DNA of 64,000 nucleotides from an uncultured Sutterella sp. (GTDB taxonomy: Bacteria; Pseudomonadota; Gammaproteobacteria; Burkholderiales; Burkholderiaceae_F). Of this stretch, positions 1 through 8,121 are shown piece after piece. The position numbers and the translations under genes are program-made. Where the stretch lies: the NCBI GenBank assembly GCA_937906995.1, contig CALESB010000019.1, positions 5,993 to 69,992 of the forward strand, written 5' to 3'. The notes beneath the pieces were generated by a model. It searched no databases and was not told the origin of the DNA. It worked only from the letters and a program-made list of their open reading frames with translations. Position 1 is the first letter of the stretch; every line of letters starts with the position of its first letter.

Positions 1-109
1 TGTGAGTGATTGCAACCATGAGCTCGGCCATTTCTTCAACGAGCTTGTCGCACTGCCACTCGAAGCCGTAGTGATCGGCAAGCAGTTTGATTCTCGGGTC
101 ATTAATCAT
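1..109 (-). CDS. MazG-like nucleotide pyrophosphohydrolase, N-terminal part (runs off window)
   Basis: Manual translation MINDPRIKLLADHYGFEWQCDKLVEEMAELMVAITH; contains the EExxEL motif; overlaps the stop of the upstream ORF. Confidence 0.6.
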   Translation of the reverse strand, partial: MINDPRIKLLADHYGFEWQCDKLVEEMAELMVAITH

Positions 110-317
110 CGAACTTTCTCCATTCAAAAGATTCGTCGTTGAAAGGGGCGAGCAAATTAATTGAGAAAACGAAGTCACCGTTCTCACGCTCTTGGCAATG
201 GATCATGTCGCCGCGTTCATCAATCACTCGAATACCGAAGTACGTTTTGTTGTTAGCTTTAAGGGCGATGGGCTCATCCTCTTCAGGGTACTTATTACAC
301 AGTTTGTGCCAAGTCAT
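102..317 (-). CDS. Phage hypothetical protein
   Basis: ORF in the tightly packed leftward early operon. Confidence 0.6.
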   Translation of the reverse strand: MTWHKLCNKYPEEDEPIALKANNKTYFGIRVIDERGDMIHCQERENGDFVFSINLLAPFNDESFEWRKFDD

Positions 318-565
318 TCTTGTGCTCCCGCTTGTTTGAGTCGTTGGACAAGCTTCTCACAGAATGAAGCTCGAAAAGATTCGGCATAAACGTCAGCAAC
401 GATTGTCGACTGAAGTTTGGCGTTGGCGAGCATACGAAGGAGGTTTGTGGCTTCTTCGATGCTCAAAACAATACCGTCTGTGAAATCTTCTTGCGAGTAC
501 TCAAAGCTATCGCAGAGGTTTGACTCAACAAGGATCTTTTGGAATCCTTTTTCACTTAGTTTCAT
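314..565 (-). CDS. Phage hypothetical protein
   Basis: GGAGG RBS; ATGA overlap with the next gene. Confidence 0.6.
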   Translation of the reverse strand: MKLSEKGFQKILVESNLCDSFEYSQEDFTDGIVLSIEEATNLLRMLANAKLQSTIVADVYAESFRASFCEKLVQRLKQAGAQE

Positions 566-653
566 CGTCCTCTCCCTCTGGATCGTAAGGCTCGGGCAGT
601 TCCGCCCAAGTCGCTTTGATAAACTCTTTCACGTTCTTTTTCAGTCTCAACAT

Positions 654-938
654 TTATTCCTCCACTTCAATCTTGTGAGTACTAGTAGTGCATGCGCCTT
701 GCTTTGCTTGTTCAATGAGTATGTCGAAGGTTTTTCTGGGCGGTGTTAAAACAAAAATAAGGACTAGAACTACAAAAGCAATGACAAATTTTTTGTTAGG
801 TGATGGCTTAGCCCCAAAGGAAGCACCCATTCCATAAGCAAGATCCCAGATAACGGCAAGACAAATGAGGCCCATGACTGACAGCATCGATATCGTTAAG
901 CAGATACTCCTTGCCCAATACAAAAGTTCAATGCTCAT
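654..938 (-). CDS. Phage hypothetical membrane protein
   Basis: Two hydrophobic segments; abuts upstream ORF. Confidence 0.6.
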   Translation of the reverse strand: MSIELLYWARSICLTISMLSVMGLICLAVIWDLAYGMGASFGAKPSPNKKFVIAFVVLVLIFVLTPPRKTFDILIEQAKQGACTTSTHKIEVEE

Positions 939-1181
939 TTATTCTTCCTCCATAGAGTCAAGATCGCACCACGGTACGACAATTGAGTTGTAGAAGCGCT
1001 TTTCAAATTCCTCGTGTTCTACCTCATCTTCGAGTAAGTCATAGCGATCTTCTAATAGAGCCGATACAATACCGAGCGTCTGCATCTTTAAATCGTAAGA
1101 GGCGGTTTGAAACTCCTTGATCTTTGCTGCCTCTGACGCAAAGATGGCAAGGACGGTTGTAACTTTTGCAGTGTTTCCCAT
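939..1181 (-). CDS. Phage hypothetical protein
   Basis: GGAG RBS; operon context. Confidence 0.6.
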   Translation of the reverse strand: MGNTAKVTTVLAIFASEAAKIKEFQTASYDLKMQTLGIVSALLEDRYDLLEDEVEHEEFEKRFYNSIVVPWCDLDSMEEE

Positions 1182-1219
1182 TTTTTACTCCAACAAAAAA
1201 AGCCACGTATTGTGTGACT

Positions 1220-1747
1220 TTAGGCGTTTTGAATTGCTTTCTTTAGCTCGGCAATAGATGCCAAAACGGGCTGTCCTCTTTTAGCGTGATCAGAGTATGC
1301 ACGCATGACGTTCCACTCTTTCTCTAATCGCATAGGGCAGTCTCGTAAGGATTCTCTGGCGAATGACGCAACAAACTCAACACAGTCACGGATCAGGTTT
1401 AATTCCTCTGCCGTACAAATAAAATGGAAACCATTTTTTCGGCCTCGATACTGAACCTCGATAGTCGCTTTTGTTCCTTTCGCTAGAATTTCTGTTACCT
1501 CGTCGCTAGACTGCTCGGTGTACCAACTTCGTGTAGCGCTAGCAACGATGGCCCAGTTAATAAAATCTCGGATTATGAAGAGCTCTGCATCACGACACGT
1601 TCCTCTTGGCAGCTTAAATTCTGTAGCTTCTTCGACCTCGGAGATCAAAGAGGCAATTACGTCAAGAGATTCCTTCTCCACCTTTGTCCAGGCCGGTATA
1701 TGAGGTTTCTTTACATATTTCTTTCGTGGTTTTTTGTTCTTTGACAT
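1220..1747 (-). CDS. Phage hypothetical protein
   Basis: 175 aa ORF with basic N-terminus, abutting neighbours. Confidence 0.7.
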   Translation of the reverse strand: MSKNKKPRKKYVKKPHIPAWTKVEKESLDVIASLISEVEEATEFKLPRGTCRDAELFIIRDFINWAIVASATRSWYTEQSSDEVTEILAKGTKATIEVQYRGRKNGFHFICTAEELNLIRDCVEFVASFARESLRDCPMRLEKEWNVMRAYSDHAKRGQPVLASIAELKKAIQNA

Positions 1748-2278
1748 TTAGGCATCTTCACTATCTTTTAAGTTAATGCCAGCAATGGCCACTTGAACCT
1801 CATAGAACTCGCACTGCCCACTAATGCAAAGTACTTTTTCTTTTGTTCCGTATTCTTTTTCTTTGTAGATTCCAAAAGCGGAAAGGGCTGCATTGATTTT
1901 GTTCTGAAGCGTTCCATCAAACATGATGAAGCGATCCGGCAAGCCATCTTTAATGCTGTTGAATACTGGTGTAAGGTCTTCGAAAAAGAGTTGTTCTAAC
2001 GGTTCAAATCCAATATGAATTCGATCAACCTTGATGTTGTCTGCGCTGATAATGGCAACATCGTCCTTATCCATGGCAGCAATAGCAGCTAATAGCGCAG
2101 TCTTTGGTATGCGGATTTTTTCTTCTTTAATCCCGTTGACAACAAGTTGAACGCGAATAGCGATAGGGCCGTTACAAGCTTCGATAGCATTTCCAAGATA
2201 CGAGATGCCACCACACAATTTAGAGCTATCGCAAAATTTGGTAATAGCCACCAACTGTCTTTTATCAAGAGAGATCAT
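1748..2278 (-). CDS. Phage hypothetical protein
   Basis: 176 aa ORF in early operon. Confidence 0.7.
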   Translation of the reverse strand: MISLDKRQLVAITKFCDSSKLCGGISYLGNAIEACNGPIAIRVQLVVNGIKEEKIRIPKTALLAAIAAMDKDDVAIISADNIKVDRIHIGFEPLEQLFFEDLTPVFNSIKDGLPDRFIMFDGTLQNKINAALSAFGIYKEKEYGTKEKVLCISGQCEFYEVQVAIAGINLKDSEDA

Positions 2279-2369
2279 GATCCATCCATTTCCTATAGTG
2301 GAGTGAATTCAACAAGAAAAATACTTATGCAGAGCACGACAAGTGCTGCGTAGAAAACGTCTTCAATAT

Positions 2370-2582
2370 TCATGCTCTCAGAACCTTTTGAGCTGTACGC
2401 TCTTTTTTAGTTATGGGGCGTGCATTAATGAAGTTGTCGATAGCCTCTTGAGTCCACTTTGGGTGAACTCCGGGTGGAGTGCACGGACGATCAAGTCTGC
2501 ACTCGTTAACGTAGCGGGTGACAGTTTTCGGATGTACTCCGAGGATCTCAGCCACCTGATTTCTTGAATAGATTTTTGTCAT
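2370..2582 (-). CDS. Excisionase-like helix-turn-helix DNA-binding protein
   Basis: YSRNQVAEILGVHPKTVTRYV is a MerR/AlpA-type HTH. Confidence 0.75.
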   Translation of the reverse strand: MTKIYSRNQVAEILGVHPKTVTRYVNECRLDRPCTPPGVHPKWTQEAIDNFINARPITKKERTAQKVLRA

Positions 2583-2654
2583 ATCTATATTCCAAACAGT
2601 GCATCTGAATTGGGCTACTCGCGGTAAACAAGGAGACGCTTTCGCCCGAAGTTG

Positions 2655-3542
2655 TTAGGCTGGTGAACCCGCGGGTTGAACGCTATCCCAGTCGATTGAA
2701 CCGTCATCATTTGTTGGCACGACTGGACTCATGGGAGCATCCTCACCCTTGTCGATAAACTCGCCATCAATGAAGTCTTGCTGTGTGATTGCCTCACCTC
2801 GATCTGCTTTTTCATCAACCTCAACAGCTCGAACAGCCTCAATGGAAACGGGGAGGTACTTGAACAATCGGCGTATCACCGTTTTCTTTGCCATCTCATC
2901 CCAGTGAGTGCACCAAGGACCGCTCTTGCCAGCCTTCGACTGAGAGCGAACGGCTTCGATTTCTGCACGGCTCATCACTTCAAATTGGACACCGCCACCC
3001 TTGAGTCGAGCCACTGCATAGACGTGGGTAACGAGACCACGATCCGCAACTGGTGACGGCTTGTGAATGATGTTTGGTTCTAAGCCAAGCGTGTATTCAA
3101 ACTCGTCTTTTTCGTGAGCACAGTAGGCGGACAGACTGATAATTTGGCCAGAGCGTCGAGCAAGGTCGATCATGCCTCGGTAACCAATAATAAGTTGGGC
3201 GTTAGCTCGTCCCATCTTGTCCTTGCCATTGCCAAATGGGAGTAAGTAGCAGTGGCCAAGTGCACTGCCAGGCTCAAGTCCTAAAGCTGCGCACTGTAAG
3301 ACGGCGCCAAAAAAAGACTCTGGAGCGCAACTCATTAACGCAGGTGTCTTTCGACACTCTGTCATGATGATGCGCGTTAAGCGATCAGCCGTCATTGTTT
3401 TTGGTAAGGCCATGGCCATTTGGCATTGGAATCCCTTCGAGCGAACAACATCAAGAACCGTTGATGACTTAACCTTTTGAGCTACAGCGGTCTTTGCTGC
3501 AACAGGGGCAACGGCTTGTTTCAATGCGTCGGTGGTTGACAT
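2655..3542 (-). CDS. recT: RecT single-strand annealing protein
   Basis: LGLEPG..LGHCYLLPF, IIGYRGMIDLARRSGQI and WDEMAKKTVIRRLFKYLP motifs. Confidence 0.95.
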   Translation of the reverse strand: MSTTDALKQAVAPVAAKTAVAQKVKSSTVLDVVRSKGFQCQMAMALPKTMTADRLTRIIMTECRKTPALMSCAPESFFGAVLQCAALGLEPGSALGHCYLLPFGNGKDKMGRANAQLIIGYRGMIDLARRSGQIISLSAYCAHEKDEFEYTLGLEPNIIHKPSPVADRGLVTHVYAVARLKGGGVQFEVMSRAEIEAVRSQSKAGKSGPWCTHWDEMAKKTVIRRLFKYLPVSIEAVRAVEVDEKADRGEAITQQDFIDGEFIDKGEDAPMSPVVPTNDDGSIDWDSVQPAGSPA

Positions 3543-3554
3543 AATTTATTTCTC

Positions 3555-4559
3555 CTAAGCGGTAAGGCGGAAAACTCGAGTCTCCGTCGTCTTCGTAAAT
3601 TCTTTGTATTGATCCGGTTGTTCTTTCTTGAATCGAGTCGAATCAAAGCGATTAGATTTTTGGGTTTTGTAAGTGCAGGCTTTGTCTCCAGCGATTAGCA
3701 AACCACTACGTTCACCGATTGACTGAATGAGTCGAGCCTTAACTAGATCCTCTTGAGCCTTGAGTTCTTTGATTCGTTCTGAAAGAGTACGAAGCTCACC
3801 AATGTCGGCAGCCTCTTCGTTTGTTGCCTCTTCCATATCACCATTGTCTTTAGGGAACAACTTGAGAACGTCTTCGATCTTTGATGGAGTCGGAGGAACA
3901 CCGGCTACAACATGGTCAAACCAAAATTCCTTGCATCGTGATTGGATAGCTTCGATGACTGCTTCATCACGCTTAACCGCGTAGATGCGATAGTCTGACC
4001 CACCAAGCAAGACGGCAACGTAACAAATAGAAGCCCCAGTAACCCCCAAGTACCATTGCACTTGTGTTTCGTAGTAGATGGGGATCTTGTGCTCGGTAAC
4101 AATGTTTCCATTGATGATCTCGGCTTCTTGTGATTCACCCCATTGATCCGCCATAAATTGATTCGCCGTTTTGCATTCGAGGATTGCATCGGTGCTTATC
4201 AAACGGCCTGATTCTTTTCGAGCGTTTTCGTCAAGTACGAAAACTCGACCAGCTATTTCAGGATTGATAACGGCACGGTCAATATTGGCCAACATCCAGT
4301 TTTCACCTTCTGGACGAAGTGTTGAATTAACGCGTTGGACTTTTAGGCCGGTGCGCTTTGCAAATTCTTTAGCAACAATATCTTCCAAAATTGTTCCGAA
4401 ATAAGCTGCTTCAGATTGCTCGTCGCGAGGTGTTTCTGTATCAACCTTGCTCTCATAAACATCAAGAGCAGACTTGTATCTACTCAACCCTAAGATCGCA
4501 GCCACGTCTGATCCACCAACACCGGATCGGCGATTGAGTAAAAATTCTTCGCGTGTCAT
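3555..4559 (-). CDS. YqaJ-like viral recombinase exonuclease
   Basis: RRSGVGGSDVAAILG, LECKTA and YYETQVQWYLGV motifs; adjacent to recT. Confidence 0.93.
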   Translation of the reverse strand: MTREEFLLNRRSGVGGSDVAAILGLSRYKSALDVYESKVDTETPRDEQSEAAYFGTILEDIVAKEFAKRTGLKVQRVNSTLRPEGENWMLANIDRAVINPEIAGRVFVLDENARKESGRLISTDAILECKTANQFMADQWGESQEAEIINGNIVTEHKIPIYYETQVQWYLGVTGASICYVAVLLGGSDYRIYAVKRDEAVIEAIQSRCKEFWFDHVVAGVPPTPSKIEDVLKLFPKDNGDMEEATNEEAADIGELRTLSERIKELKAQEDLVKARLIQSIGERSGLLIAGDKACTYKTQKSNRFDSTRFKKEQPDQYKEFTKTTETRVFRLTA

Positions 4560-4567
4560 TTCAACTC

Positions 4568-4801
4568 CTAATTAAGATCAATAGCTCGTTCTTCATCGAG
4601 CTCTCTTTGTAAGTCAATCCAAACTTCTTCTGCTTCTGATTGAGCTACACGCCAAACTTCATCGCATAGGTCATCGCCAGAAAGTTGTGGATTTGCCTTG
4701 CGGACTCGCTCTATGCACTCGTCAGATTCTTCAAACCTAATGCAGTAATCTTCGATGAAGATTTCTCTAGCCGTAGGCTCTGGAGGTTCGTAGTAACTCA
4801 T
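4568..4801 (-). CDS. Phage hypothetical acidic protein
   Basis: Probable start MSYYEPPE after GAGG RBS. Confidence 0.55.
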   Translation of the reverse strand: MSYYEPPEPTAREIFIEDYCIRFEESDECIERVRKANPQLSGDDLCDEVWRVAQSEAEEVWIDLQRELDEERAIDLN

Positions 4802-4808
4802 ATCAACC

Positions 4809-4928
4809 TCAAAGATTGTTTTGGAAGAAACAGGACCAGATGAGACCGAAGAGAAACGGCCCAACGAAAATGGCGGTCAAGATGCAACATCCGATTAGCT
4901 CTTGCCAGTCTTCTTTTGAACGTTTCAT
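4809..4928 (-). CDS. Small phage membrane protein (39 aa)
   Basis: MKRSKEDWQELIGCCILTAIFVGPFLFGLIWSCFF with GGAG RBS. Confidence 0.5.
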   Translation of the reverse strand: MKRSKEDWQELIGCCILTAIFVGPFLFGLIWSCFFQNNL

Positions 4929-4945
4929 ATCAGTCTCCAGGTAAT

Positions 4946-4972
4946 AAAAAAGCCCCCGCATTGCGAAGGCTT
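4946..4972 (-). terminator. Intrinsic terminator after phage tRNA
   Basis: AAGCCTTCGCAATGCGGGGGCTTTTTT on minus strand. Confidence 0.65.
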
Positions 4973-4978
4973 GGTGTT

Positions 4979-5054
4979 TGGCACGCGTGGCAGGACTCGA
5001 ACCCGCAACCAACGGATTAGAAATCCGATGCTCTATCCATTGAGCTACACGCGT
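4979..5054 (-). tRNA. tRNA-Arg(TCT), phage-encoded
   Basis: Cloverleaf with ACGCGTG/CACGCGT acceptor stem, anticodon loop TTTCTAA, GGTTCGAGTCC T-arm and encoded CCA. Confidence 0.93.
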
Positions 5055-5372
5055 GTTGTGCCGGTCTTTCCCGGCTGTCATCACCTTCGAGCTAAAACTA
5101 CAAGCGCTCTTGGTGAGAGTGATCAATGCGAAGAATCACGCAAAGGACGCATTGACCACTAAATACTTTGAAAAGATCCCACGTCAGTCCCTCCTGTTTC
5201 CAGAAAGGCTGACATTGGCCTTTTCCTACCAGCACTGAATACGTCAGGCCGTGAGCGCGGTCGCCATCTGGTAGTTGGTCGCATGCAGGTCGTCGCGACA
5301 GGTGGGAGCCATATTCGAGTTGCCGACCCCGATCAAGGCTTACTCCCTTACACCTGCTTTTAGTGCAGATGA

Positions 5373-5446
5373 TGTTAATGCTTGTTAGCAATTAACTTAA
5401 CAGGAATGTTAATGCGAATAAACAACAATGTCAACTAGAGTTGACA
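5373..5446 (-). promoter_or_regulatory. PL-like promoter with repressor operators (OL)
   Basis: Minus-strand TTGACA(5434-5429)-17bp-TAACAT(5411-5406); 18-bp dyads at 5373, 5407 and 5429 (TGTCAACTAGAGTTGACA). Confidence 0.75.
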
Positions 5447-5511
5447 AAATAGTTAACATTGAGCCGTTGATTTTGATCAAACAAAGTTTATCTGAGTGAA
5501 CATTTAGACAA

Positions 5512-5537
5512 CAAAAAAACCGCCCGAAGGCGGTTTT
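5512..5537 (-). terminator. Terminator after immunity cargo genes
   Basis: AAAACCGCC-CGAA-GGCGGTTTT hairpin with A-run. Confidence 0.75.
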
Positions 5538-5552
5538 ATAAGAAAGAGTGGG

Positions 5553-5837
5553 CTATTTAGACACAGTATCTTTTGAAAGAAAAAGCGCAATAGCTGAGGA
5601 AATATCAACGACTGCCCATACTGCTTTGGTCATGTGTATAGGGATAAAAGGATTAAACAATATGGCAAGGCCAATGAATAACCAAAATAGCCAGGCATCT
5701 CTGTTTACAGTAAGCGCACAGTAACCGAACGTTAAAAAGGCCACGATTCGTACAAAGGTATAAAACCCGTAGAAAGGAAGGGGTAAGGTGGCAAGTACAA
5801 GTAGACCGCAAACAATGTATAAGATTTCCTTTTTCAT
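5553..5837 (-). CDS. Small integral membrane protein (immunity-region cargo)
   Basis: LPLPFYGFY and LFNPFIPIH motifs; several TM segments; resembles DUF6804-type proteins. Confidence 0.7.
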   Translation of the reverse strand: MKKEILYIVCGLLVLATLPLPFYGFYTFVRIVAFLTFGYCALTVNRDAWLFWLFIGLAILFNPFIPIHMTKAVWAVVDISSAIALFLSKDTVSK

Positions 5838-6667
5838 TCTTCCTGGACCTCGCTACGGGTGCAGAGCTTAATTAGGACGAAAATGTTGAGTAATGATGTA
5901 ATAATGACGAGCGCTTCATTCTGAAAAAATTGGCATGCAAAGGAAAGACCGTAAGAAAGGTACACAACAGCAGGCTCTCCGCCAGCGTCGATCATTCTTC
6001 TAACGGCGGCAGTGAGCTGTGGAATTGAAGCCAAAATTCCACCTACGAGCCAAATAATCCAGATGAACATTTTGGCGTCAGAATATCTTGGTAAAGAGTT
6101 TAGAGTAAATGCGCATACAAAATTGAATACAACTCCAAAAAATAAGAAATGTATTAATGTGAAGCGCCAAAATGATCCGCGACTCAGTCTTCCTTTGATG
6201 TTGGTGAAATCTTTTAATATTGCAATATATTCGTTTAGATGCCTTGAAATAAAAGATTGGTTGTTATCGATAGGGACTACGTCGGTTACGGTAGAGTTTG
6301 TTTGTTTTTTATAGTTTTTTATCCGAAAGATTTCCCATTTATTTTTTAGCTTTTCGATAACCTCGTGAGCAGCTATTCCAAAAATTGATAGCAAGGTTAA
6401 GGCAAAGCCAGGAAAGACAAAAAGAATAGCTAAGAAGACGTTCCAATATTCATATTCAACAAGATAATAAAGAACGAGTAAAGAGGCCAAAATAGGTGAT
6501 AGAGGTATTACAAAAAAGGCTACACCAGCACCTATAAATAAAAGAATGGCTCCAAATGTGGAATCAACTCCGCTGATTTCTACGAGTGCTTGTCCTGTAA
6601 AGAAAAGTATCGCAAGGTTGTAAATGAGATATAACACAAACAGCACTGAATCGAAAGTTTGTTTCAT
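5834..6667 (-). CDS. DUF805-domain membrane protein
   Basis: KGRLSRGSFW...AVRRMIDAG DUF805-like motifs; AT-rich; multiple TM segments. Confidence 0.75.
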   Translation of the reverse strand: MKQTFDSVLFVLYLIYNLAILFFTGQALVEISGVDSTFGAILLFIGAGVAFFVIPLSPILASLLVLYYLVEYEYWNVFLAILFVFPGFALTLLSIFGIAAHEVIEKLKNKWEIFRIKNYKKQTNSTVTDVVPIDNNQSFISRHLNEYIAILKDFTNIKGRLSRGSFWRFTLIHFLFFGVVFNFVCAFTLNSLPRYSDAKMFIWIIWLVGGILASIPQLTAAVRRMIDAGGEPAVVYLSYGLSFACQFFQNEALVIITSLLNIFVLIKLCTRSEVQEE

Positions 6668-6760
6668 GGTCTTTCCTCTTCAAGAACAAATGATTAGAGA
6701 AAAACATTTTTGTTGTTTAAATACAAAAACCGCCTTAAGCGTTTTTTTGTGGTTTGTTAA

Positions 6761-7045
6761 CTAATAGCCACGGTGATGTCTGTAGTGATTGTTATTTGAG
6801 TTATTAGAACCATACCCTCTAGTGTTGTTATAGTTATAGTACTCTCGATTCCCTTCACGTCCGGTATAGGGGTTAACGTTTCCTTTGGTCGTCCAGTTAT
6901 CGTACTTTGTCGCGTTTGGAGCTGATCGATAATGAGGTGCTACATATGTACCATCGCTACGGTAGTGACCTCTTACGTATGTGTCTCCCGCAAACGCAGT
7001 TGAAGATACTAAAGCAGAAAGAATAATTAAACAAAGTTTTTTCAT
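6761..7045 (-). CDS. Small secreted protein (YVRGHYRSDGTYVAPHYR family)
   Basis: Signal peptide MKKLCLIILSALVSSTAFA followed by GTYVAPHYR..NPYTG motif. Confidence 0.75.
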   Translation of the reverse strand: MKKLCLIILSALVSSTAFAGDTYVRGHYRSDGTYVAPHYRSAPNATKYDNWTTKGNVNPYTGREGNREYYNYNNTRGYGSNNSNNNHYRHHRGY

Positions 7046-7067
7046 ATGATTCACCTTTGATGTTTGA

Positions 7068-7784
7068 CTATAACGAGCGACTAACTTCAATAACTCGACC
7101 GTAAATTCTCAATCGAGATAGCTCATCGCCTGTATAGTCTTCTGGTTTATAGCCTGGGTTGTCTGAACGAACAGAAATGCCATCCTTTATAGATGCCAAT
7201 CTCTTAATCTTTAATTTTCCATCAACACTTAAAACATAAATCTTTCCGTCACAAATGGTGACACAGGTGGGACGAGGATCTGGGACCTCATTAAAGAGAA
7301 CGGTGTCGCCACCATAAATAAATGGCTCCATAGAGTCGCCTGTTACCTTTGCCCGTTTGCAGTGAGACGGATTCAAATGGCGATTTTGGAAAAAGCTGAG
7401 ACGGTACCAATAGTCATCTCCACCTTCAACTATTTCCCACTCCGGCGTCGGTTCTATACCGTCCGCATGTGCCCCGAAAACGAGTCTGTACTCATGGATA
7501 ACTACAACATCATCAGGTGGGATGTCTCCATCAGCAAAAGTTTTGATTCCCGTTTGGTCAAGCATTTCACCTTTGCCTTCGCTTAACCATTGCATCGATA
7601 CCCCAAGGAATTGAGAGGCCGCTATTGCATACGAAGTTTTGGAAAAGCCTTTTACTGAACCATTAAGCCATTGAGAGACTGCGGCTCTAGATATTCCGCA
7701 GGCACTGGCAAGATCAATTTGCTTTTTATTTGAATGATTCAGTGCAAGTTTTAGCCGATCGGCAAAAGTTAAAGATTCTGGCAT
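7068..7784 (-). CDS. cI: CI-like repressor (HTH + S24 peptidase)
   Basis: N-terminal HTH (QIDLASACGISRAAVSQW), GDSMEP and IKRL catalytic motifs; AGGAGG RBS supports start at 7784. Confidence 0.92.
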   Translation of the reverse strand: MPESLTFADRLKLALNHSNKKQIDLASACGISRAAVSQWLNGSVKGFSKTSYAIAASQFLGVSMQWLSEGKGEMLDQTGIKTFADGDIPPDDVVVIHEYRLVFGAHADGIEPTPEWEIVEGGDDYWYRLSFFQNRHLNPSHCKRAKVTGDSMEPFIYGGDTVLFNEVPDPRPTCVTICDGKIYVLSVDGKLKIKRLASIKDGISVRSDNPGYKPEDYTGDELSRLRIYGRVIEVSRSL

Positions 7785-7798
7785 AGGCGCCTCCTTTC

Positions 7799-7896
7799 TG
7801 TTTAACCATATTAACAAAAGGCTGAACATTCTTCTTGACATAAGATGTCAACTTGCTTAACATCTAGCTTAACAAAAATGTTAATAAGGATAAACA
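7799..7896 (+). promoter_or_regulatory. PR promoter and OR operators
   Basis: TTGACA(7835-40)-17bp-TAACAT(7858-63); dyads at 7799, 7846 and 7879 match the OL sites. Confidence 0.75.
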
Positions 7897-8112
7897 ATGA
7901 AGCGATCATTCAAACGCTTGTCTCCATCGTTGTCAATAGAAATCATTGATGCGCTTGGTGGAACCTCTCAAACATCACGCCTTTGTAATTTGTCGCGTTC
8001 TGCGGTTTCTCAATGGCGTAGGGAAGGAATAACAGATCCTTATGTTCGCTATCTTCGAGAGAAATTTAAGAAGCTCCCAGTGATGAAACACGAAGAGATC
8101 AGGAATTTTTAA
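7897..8112 (+). CDS. cro: Cro-like regulator
   Basis: IIDALGGTSQTSRLCNLSRSAVSQWR HTH; divergent from cI. Confidence 0.85.
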   Translation: MKRSFKRLSPSLSIEIIDALGGTSQTSRLCNLSRSAVSQWRREGITDPYVRYLREKFKKLPVMKHEEIRNF

Positions 8113-8121
8113 GGAGCAACT

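Noticed and set aside
4809..5391. ORFs spanning the phage tRNA and early leader
   Set aside because: Overlap a clear tRNA and hairpins; no good RBS except for the short 4928 start
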